From: Rikenellaceae bacterium
GTDB taxonomy: Bacteria; Bacteroidota; Bacteroidia; Bacteroidales; Rikenellaceae
Direction of reading: 5' to 3'
Assembly (NCBI GenBank): GCA_015059945.1
Contig: SUZJ01000004.1
Location: forward strand, 8,646-72,645
Length of the DNA: 64,000 nt
Numbering within the stretch: position 1 is the first letter of the stretch; each line of letters begins with the position of its first letter. Shown in pieces: positions 60,450 through 64,000 of this stretch. The translations under genes were made by a program, and so were the position numbers. The notes below the pieces were generated by a model that worked only from the letters and a program-made list of their open reading frames with translations, was not told where the DNA came from and did not search any database.

Positions 60450-60722
60450 ATGGATATCGCATCGATTATCGGCACAGTGGCCGCCGTAACAATGATTTTG
60501 GGCTACATTCCGCAGACTATCAAGACCATACGCACGCGCAAGACCGACGATATTGCTCTGGGCTCGTTTGTGCTTATGGCGGTGGGTGCGGGCTGCTTTT
60601 TTGTACAGGGCATCCTGACGGGCAATGTTCCTCTGGCCATCGCCAACGGACTTACGGCCACTATGAGCACCATAATTTTTGCCATAAAGATGGCCAACGA
60701 CCACCGCGCACGCCGAAAATAG
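60450..60722 (+). CDS. SemiSWEET / PQ-loop family small membrane transporter
   Basis: 90 aa with three predicted TM helices and the PQ motif (LGYIPQTIKTIRTRKTDD). It is the 3' part of the chimeric listed ORF 59859..60722. A TACCTTTG box lies about 26 nt upstream. Confidence 0.65.
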   Translation: MDIASIIGTVAAVTMILGYIPQTIKTIRTRKTDDIALGSFVLMAVGAGCFFVQGILTGNVPLAIANGLTATMSTIIFAIKMANDHRARRK

Positions 60723-60788
60723 ACCGAAAGAGTGGGGCAGAGGGCGAAGATTTTGGCCCCAAACGATACGTTGTATCAAATAAATTGC

Positions 60789-60796
60789 TAACTTTG
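60789..60796 (+). promoter_or_regulatory. Bacteroidetes -7 box (TAACTTTG)
   Basis: gcTAACTTTGcatt lies 42 nt upstream of the ATG at 60838. Confidence 0.45.
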
Positions 60797-60837
60797 CATT
60801 GATGACATATAACCAAAAATCTAATTCATAAACAATT

Positions 60838-61125
60838 ATGGCAAGTTTAAGGGATATTAAGAAAGAGATTGACTATGTAGTAAACGAGGTTGTATACGAT
60901 TGCTACTTGTCGCTGGGCTTCCACTCGGACAAACAGAGCGAGATTATCGCCGTAATGCAGGGTGCAGTTGATATGCGTAACGACTTGATCGAGTTGGTGA
61001 ACAACCCAGCCGAGAAACACAACCCCTCGTTGGTGCGCAAACACTACGCCTATGTACGCCAGCAGCTGGTCGAGAAATCGGAGGAGCTGTGGGGCCAACT
61101 GAGCGAGATTTGCAAGTTTGAGTAG
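60838..61125 (+). CDS. hypothetical small cytoplasmic protein (95 aa)
   Basis: A clean ORF with its own promoter box and a downstream terminator. It is predicted helical, and I recognise no motif. Confidence 0.55.
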   Translation: MASLRDIKKEIDYVVNEVVYDCYLSLGFHSDKQSEIIAVMQGAVDMRNDLIELVNNPAEKHNPSLVRKHYAYVRQQLVEKSEELWGQLSEICKFE

Positions 61126-61150
61126 TCGCTCGCCACACAATCTGATAACA

Positions 61151-61185
61151 AAAACGGCAACCTCACACCGAGGTTGCCGTTTTTC
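61151..61185 (+). terminator. intrinsic terminator of the 95-aa ORF
   Basis: aaaacggcaacctc-acacc-gaggttgccgttttt. Confidence 0.8.
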
Positions 61186-61199
61186 TTTGGCGTAGTATT

Positions 61200-61228
61200 A
61201 AAAAGGGAGACCCGAAGCCTCCCTTTTT
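61200..61228 (-). terminator. intrinsic terminator of the collagen/LRR lipoprotein gene
   Basis: The minus strand reads aaaaagggag-gcttcgggt-ctcccttttt, 10 nt after the stop codon. Confidence 0.65.
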
Positions 61229-61237
61229 CTGGTGTGT

Positions 61238-63481
61238 TTACTCGAAGTCGTAACCCACGATGTAGTAGGCGTAGTTGCTCCAATAATCGGCAGTTTTGTA
61301 TGATTCCTCACTACCAGCAGGCACATAAATCATGCGCTCCGAAGCATTCTTGAAAAATACATAGCCGTCTAATGATGGTGGCGTTGTGGCTTTGCAATAT
61401 ACACTTGCAAGGCTCTCACAATAATCGAATGCACCATCTCCAATCGAAGTAACACTGTCGGGAATGGTTACACTCGCAAGGCTCGTACAATCACCGAATG
61501 CATAATCTCCAATCGAAGTAACACTGTCGGAAATGGTGTATTCTGTAACTCCTGCGGGGGCAAAAGAGTTCAACACTCCATCAATAATCAAACACCTACC
61601 ATCGCTCGAAGCAAACTTACCATTGAACTCCGCAAGGCTCATACTCCCAGCGAATACACCATCTCCAATCGAAGTAACACTGTCGGGAATGGTTATCGTA
61701 AGACTCGAACAACCATAGAATGCATAATCCCCAATCTCAGTAACACCATCGGGAATGGTTACACTCGCGAGGCTCGAACAATGATTGAATGCCCAACCTC
61801 CAATCGAAGTAACACCATTTCCAATGCTGACACTCGCAAGGCTCTCACTCCCAGCGAATGCATAATCTCCAATCTCAGTAACACCATCGGGAATGGTCAC
61901 ACTCGCAAGGCGCGAACAAGAATAGAATGCCCAATCTCCAATCGAAGTAACACTATCGGGAATGGTGATGCCTGCAAGGCTCGAACAATAATAGAATGCA
62001 TAATCTCCAATCGAAGTGACATCGCCATCGAATGTAATAATACCAACACCATTCTCGTAGGTGTTGGAAACAATGTTTGCACCGAAAGCGGTAGTATCAT
62101 AAGGTTCCACAACTTCTCCGTAGGTCGAGGTGTACCAAATCTCGTTGGCGGGAGCGTTGGCGGGAGGGGTGGGTGTGTCCTCTTCTTCCCCGCCGCCTAT
62201 CCAATTTAGTTCAAGAGAGCCATCATAGACTACGTGGTGTACCTCTCCATTTTCCAATGTGACGGTTACATCTATTGCATTTTCACTTATTGTTACGAAT
62301 GCATCGATAATTTCCATACTTGTTTGGTCATTATCCGTAAAAACTCTATACACACTTTCATCCAAAAGGATTGTACTAGCATCTGCACTATAAGTGCCGA
62401 TTGGAGCTACCGATGTATCTTCGGTTGCGGTTGGAATTATGACTAATCCGTAGAGTTGGCTATTATATGACACCCACACCTCCTTATCAAGATGAAATTC
62501 CTTATCAGAAAGGGCAATTAAACACATTTCTCCTACCCAATAACCCGCAATATCGACTGCGGTAACCTCTACCATTCTCTCGACTGCACCTTCCGACAGC
62601 GGAATCTTGATGGTTGTGCCATCTGCGAGAGTGAAGTAGGCGTACCCCTCGTCCCAAGTGACGCTCTGGAAGAGGCTGTCGCCATCCGCACCATCCTTGC
62701 CGTCTTGGCCGTCGGAGCCATTGGCACCATCCGCGCCATCTTTACCATCCTCGCCGTCGGCACCATCTTTGCCGTCCTCGCCGGTGGCTTTGCCCAACTC
62801 TTTCCAAGTTGCACCATTGTCGTAGGAAATCCACCAATAGCCCTCGCGGATTTCGAGCTGAGGAGTGATGCCATCCTTACCATCGGCACCATTCTCGCCA
62901 TCTTTGCCGTCGCTACCATCTGCACCATCCTTACCATCGGTACCATTTGCGCCATCCTCACCGTCTTTACCATCGGTACCTACGGCCTTGATTTTGTTGC
63001 CACTCTCGTCGAGCAGCCACTCGCCATCGAGGGTCCAATAGTAAACATTGTCGCTATCCTTGGCAACGCCAATCTGGGGAGTATAGCCATCCTTGCCATC
63101 TTTACCATCGGCGCCATTTGCACCATCTTGGCCGTCGGCACCATTGGCGCCATCCTTGCCATCGTTGCCGTGGTAGATGGTGATAGGCTCCGACTTGGAG
63201 AAGGTAATGGTGTAGCCCACAACCTTGTCGCCCTGTTTAATGGGGGCAATAGAGGTAATGGTGTCGTTGTTCTGCAAAGCCGACACAAGGGTTTGAAGTG
63301 CCTCGATGTTGGTGTTCATCTTCTCGCAAGCCTCCTCCAAATCCTCCAAACGACCATCCAAGTCGTCATAGAGGTCTTCGAGTTCGTCGATAGCATCCCA
63401 AATGCGGCTGTCGTCGAATTGTGTACAGCCCCAAAATAGCATCGTCAGCGATGCCACAAGCAATAATAAGAGTTTCTTCAT
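61238..63481 (-). CDS. surface lipoprotein with an N-terminal coiled coil (DUF4988-like), three collagen-like G-X-Y blocks and C-terminal BspA-type leucine-rich repeats
   Basis: The listed ORF 61238..63838 was trimmed to the ATG at 63481 (MKKLLLLLVASLTMLFWGC, lipobox Cys19, then acidic FDDS). G-X-Y runs occur at residues 105-132, 168-204 and 233-267. About 9 repeats of the IPDSVTSIGDYAF..C.SLASVT type occur at residues 468-700. Confidence 0.85.
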   Translation of the reverse strand: MKKLLLLLVASLTMLFWGCTQFDDSRIWDAIDELEDLYDDLDGRLEDLEEACEKMNTNIEALQTLVSALQNNDTITSIAPIKQGDKVVGYTITFSKSEPITIYHGNDGKDGANGADGQDGANGADGKDGKDGYTPQIGVAKDSDNVYYWTLDGEWLLDESGNKIKAVGTDGKDGEDGANGTDGKDGADGSDGKDGENGADGKDGITPQLEIREGYWWISYDNGATWKELGKATGEDGKDGADGEDGKDGADGANGSDGQDGKDGADGDSLFQSVTWDEGYAYFTLADGTTIKIPLSEGAVERMVEVTAVDIAGYWVGEMCLIALSDKEFHLDKEVWVSYNSQLYGLVIIPTATEDTSVAPIGTYSADASTILLDESVYRVFTDNDQTSMEIIDAFVTISENAIDVTVTLENGEVHHVVYDGSLELNWIGGGEEEDTPTPPANAPANEIWYTSTYGEVVEPYDTTAFGANIVSNTYENGVGIITFDGDVTSIGDYAFYYCSSLAGITIPDSVTSIGDWAFYSCSRLASVTIPDGVTEIGDYAFAGSESLASVSIGNGVTSIGGWAFNHCSSLASVTIPDGVTEIGDYAFYGCSSLTITIPDSVTSIGDGVFAGSMSLAEFNGKFASSDGRCLIIDGVLNSFAPAGVTEYTISDSVTSIGDYAFGDCTSLASVTIPDSVTSIGDGAFDYCESLASVYCKATTPPSLDGYVFFKNASERMIYVPAGSEESYKTADYWSNYAYYIVGYDFE

Positions 63482-63805
63482 CGTGTATAAGTTTTGGTTT
63501 GTTAAAGTGTTGCTTGCCAAAACCATACAACTCCAATATGGCGAAAAGTAAAAACAAAAAGAAAGTGTGGAGCTGATTTGTTTATCTTTCGGAGGTTCTG
63601 GAATACCTTGCACAAATAAACATACCCCACACTCGTATCGAGAGTATAGGGTATGAAACACCCCAAATACTATGCAATACGGAGTGACGAGTGTGATGCT
63701 TCCCTTGTGCAATGAAATTTTCCAGATTTCCGAAAGGGATGAAACAAATACACTTTCATCAACAAATATGTCCGCCACAAGGGCACTCAGGCCCCTAAGG
63801 CACCA

Positions 63806-63813
63806 CAAATATA
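63806..63813 (-). promoter_or_regulatory. Bacteroidetes -7 box (TATATTTG, extended TTTGTGG), a possible distal promoter of the lipoprotein gene
   Basis: The minus strand reads acTATATTTGtggtgcc. It is the only TAnnTTTG match I found between the ABC-gene terminator and the ATG at 63481. Confidence 0.35.
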
Positions 63814-63816
63814 AGT

Positions 63817-63852
63817 AAAAAAATAACGACCTGCACATCGCAAGTCGTTATT
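63817..63852 (-). terminator. intrinsic terminator of the upstream ABC ATPase gene
   Basis: The minus strand reads aataacgac-ttgcgatgtgcag-gtcgttattttttt. Confidence 0.7.
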
Positions 63853-63880
63853 TTATAGCAATCAAGCCGATATTTCGCCA

Positions 63881-64000
63881 CTAATAGGCAGGTGAGGGCT
63901 GGATGGTGCGGTTGATGCAGACCACTCGGTGGGCCAAGCTGCGCACAGCCGCCTCGTCGTGCGACACCATTACGATAGTTATACGCTTGTTAAGCTCGGT
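63881..64000 (-). CDS. 3' end of an ABC transporter ATP-binding protein (metal/ZnuC-like); the 5' part lies outside the window
   Basis: Hand translation of the minus strand gives TELNKRITIVMVSHDEAAVRSLAHRVVCINRTIQPSPAY*. The VMVSHD H-loop region is typical of ABC ATPases. Confidence 0.6.
   Translation of the reverse strand, partial: TELNKRITIVMVSHDEAAVRSLAHRVVCINRTIQPSPAY

Noticed and set aside
63482-63838. N-terminal 119-aa extension of the lipoprotein ORF (listed start 63838)
   Set aside because: The extension has no signal-peptide logic. The internal ATG at 63481 gives a textbook lipoprotein signal, and the extension overlaps the predicted promoter and the upstream gene's terminator.

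Overview
This 64-kb window looks like core chromosome of a Bacteroidales (Bacteroidota) bacterium. Evidence seen in the sequence: Bacteroidetes-type -7 promoter boxes (TAnnTTTG) ahead of many genes, DUF5606 and DUF349 genes, SurA-like/OstA-like and pyrG-yidC neighbourhoods, and GC3-rich codon usage that produces very long spurious antisense ORFs. I support about 50 protein genes and saw no rRNA, tRNA, CRISPR array, transposase, integrase or recognisable defence genes. The left third (1-23.6 kb) holds envelope and housekeeping genes (surA-like, OstA-like, OprO/P-type porin, zupT, hpt, queE, ftsB-like, a flippase). It also holds a response-regulator-ackA-ptb-buk string, a DUF349 gene, pyrG, yidC and mutS. 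The centre (24.0-51.6 kb) is the most striking part: 21 co-directional, tightly packed genes form a pyr operon (pyrC-carA-carB-pyrK-pyrD-pyrF-pyrE-pyrB) followed directly by a pur/gua operon (purE-purL-purC-purF-purM-purN-purH-purD-folD-purB-purA-guaB-guaA). Each operon is preceded by a promoter box, a long leader and a strong intrinsic terminator, so both leaders are candidate attenuators or riboswitch-like elements of unknown class. Two enzymes in the cluster have unusual architectures. PyrB carries only the Zn domain of PyrI fused to its C-terminus, and GuaA has a truncated glutamine-amidotransferase domain lacking its catalytic residues. The right part holds truA, dapB, lepB, yigZ, uvrA, an M16 peptidase, an O-methyltransferase, a GuaD-like deaminase, a SemiSWEET, a surface lipoprotein with collagen-like repeats plus BspA-type LRRs, and the 3' end of an ABC ATPase. 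Intergenic DNA contains a dispersed two-hairpin REP-like element family, a repeat-rich 0.5-kb convergent spacer, and hexamer and heptamer microsatellites. I found no clear novel multi-gene system; the best novelty candidates are regulatory or architectural and remain hypotheses. All coordinates were hand-indexed, and homology calls rest on motif recognition from the translated ORFs, not on database searches.
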